Shown one piece after another: positions 63,079-64,000 of a DNA stretch of 64,000 nucleotides (the stretch's first letter is position 1; each line of letters begins with the position of its first letter). The notes beneath the pieces are model-generated. The model saw only the letters and a list, made by a program, of their open reading frames with translations, had not been told where the DNA came from and searched no databases. The stretch comes from Schmidtea polychroa. Taxonomy: Eukaryota. The DNA lies in NCBI GenBank assembly GCA_044892525.1, contig CM097886.1:168132312-168196311 (forward strand), given 5' to 3'. A program made the translations under genes and the position numbers.

Positions 63079-63145
63079 GCACCCAAAATGTATTGTTTTT
63101 GCCACCTAATGTGGGTGCTATCATTAGTGACTTTTTTAGTTTTCC
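63079..63145 (-). promoter_or_regulatory. Putative -1 ribosomal frameshift signal (slippery heptamer + pseudoknot) at gag-pol
   Basis: G_GAA_AAC at 63145-63139 just before the gag UAA, pol in the -1 frame, a 7-nt spacer and an H-type pseudoknot. Confidence 0.75.
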
Positions 63146-64000
63146 TGCTCTGTTTTATGATAGTCGCAGGGTTTTATGCATTTGTATGCTTTGTCGCCAA
63201 ATTTGTTATGAAAGTAGTAGTGGTTTTTATTTAGGAAATCATTTCTTGAATTCCTTTCTGGGCTATTGTTTCGGTAATTGTTGTATCGGTTTGGGGAGTT
63301 TGACCGGTTTCTGTAGTGGCCGTTTGGTGATTGTCTGTGGCTGTAGTTCTGTCTGTTGTTATTATATGGTAGTTGGTCTGTGTTGAAATTGTTTCTGTTG
63401 AATAGGTCTCTTTTTTCGTTTGGATTGGAATTTTGCCTGTTGTATTTCTCTTTTATTTCGGCTAGTTCCGCTTTTATTTGTCTGTTTTCGACAATTTGCT
63501 GATCAAAGTGTTTATTAATCGGTTTGTTGTTTCATTTGGTTCGGTGTTTTTGTTGTTTGATTGGTTGTTGTGATTAGTTTTGTTTTTGTTGTAATTTTGT
63601 GTGCTGCATATAGTAGGATAAATTTCTTCATTGATTTTATCTGCTATGTCTGCTAGCGTTTCTACGTCTGAATTGCTACTGGCTGCGAGGATACGTCTTA
63701 TTTCGGGCGGCATTGCTCGCATGAAAAATTCTTTTACTAATTCGTTTGATCCCGAATTAGTGATGTTTGGTTGGAGGTACTCCAATTTTTGTTTTAGTTG
63801 GCGAAGGAAATCTGTTGGTTTATTGTCGTCAAGTTGTGTGTTGTTGAGACATGATTCAAGCATTTGCCTCCTGTTGATTTTGTTTTTGTTTGTTAGGACG
63901 TTGCAAAGCTTGTTGAACGGGTCTTCCCTCTTTGAAATTTCCTCAATTTGGTCAGCTATTTCGTTCAGTTTGCTACTTGGGAGTGCAGCGATAATGTTTG

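Larger units (their letters stand above)
59115..64000 (-). mobile_element. Ty3/Gypsy LTR retrotransposon (CsRn1/Kabuki-like), running off the right edge
   Basis: gag (KPTDFLRQL...LADIADKI; YFHNKFGDKAYKCIKPC, CHCC-type), protease FLIDTGS, RT (WRACGDYRLLN, YLDD), RNase H (DRELLAI...TDHKPL), integrase HHCC, TDQGRQFES, ERFHRTLKE, EGPF. PPT and 3' LTR present. Confidence 0.93.

Noticed and set aside
61530-63386. Plus-strand ORFs opposite the Gypsy pol, and antisense ORFs within pPolB, Penelope and HIAT1
   Set aside because: Shadow frames of real coding sequence, with no motifs of their own.

Overview
Very AT-rich eukaryotic (animal) genomic DNA from a gapped scaffold with nine N-runs. The composition and repeat content look Hydra/cnidarian-like, but that is inference. 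There is one clear host gene: a 5-exon MFS transporter of the HIAT1/MFSD14 family (about 45.07-55.86 kb, + strand). Almost everything else is mobile DNA. (1) The right arm of a Polinton/Maverick, with a nearly intact protein-primed family-B polymerase, a subterminal repeat array and an ...ACTACCTACT terminus at 4552. (2) Two families of Penelope-like retroelements (RT + GIY-YIG), several arranged as inverted pairs and associated with (AAT)n tracts. (3) Two nested Gypsy LTR elements, a probable solo LTR and another LTR remnant. (4) hAT, MULE and CxxH-type transposase relics. (5) Several MITEs with readable TIRs and TSDs. The most interesting signals are RNA-level. Six copies of a minimal type-I hammerhead ribozyme show covariation, and a second Penelope family carries a hammerhead-like motif with a U3:A8 core swap. 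The Gypsy gag-pol junction has a G_GAA_AAC slippery site followed by an H-type pseudoknot. Two otherwise dissimilar LTRs share a 62-nt hairpin and a 36-bp palindrome, and an intron holds a perfect 69-bp-arm fold-back. All calls were made by eye; no database searches or folding programs were run.
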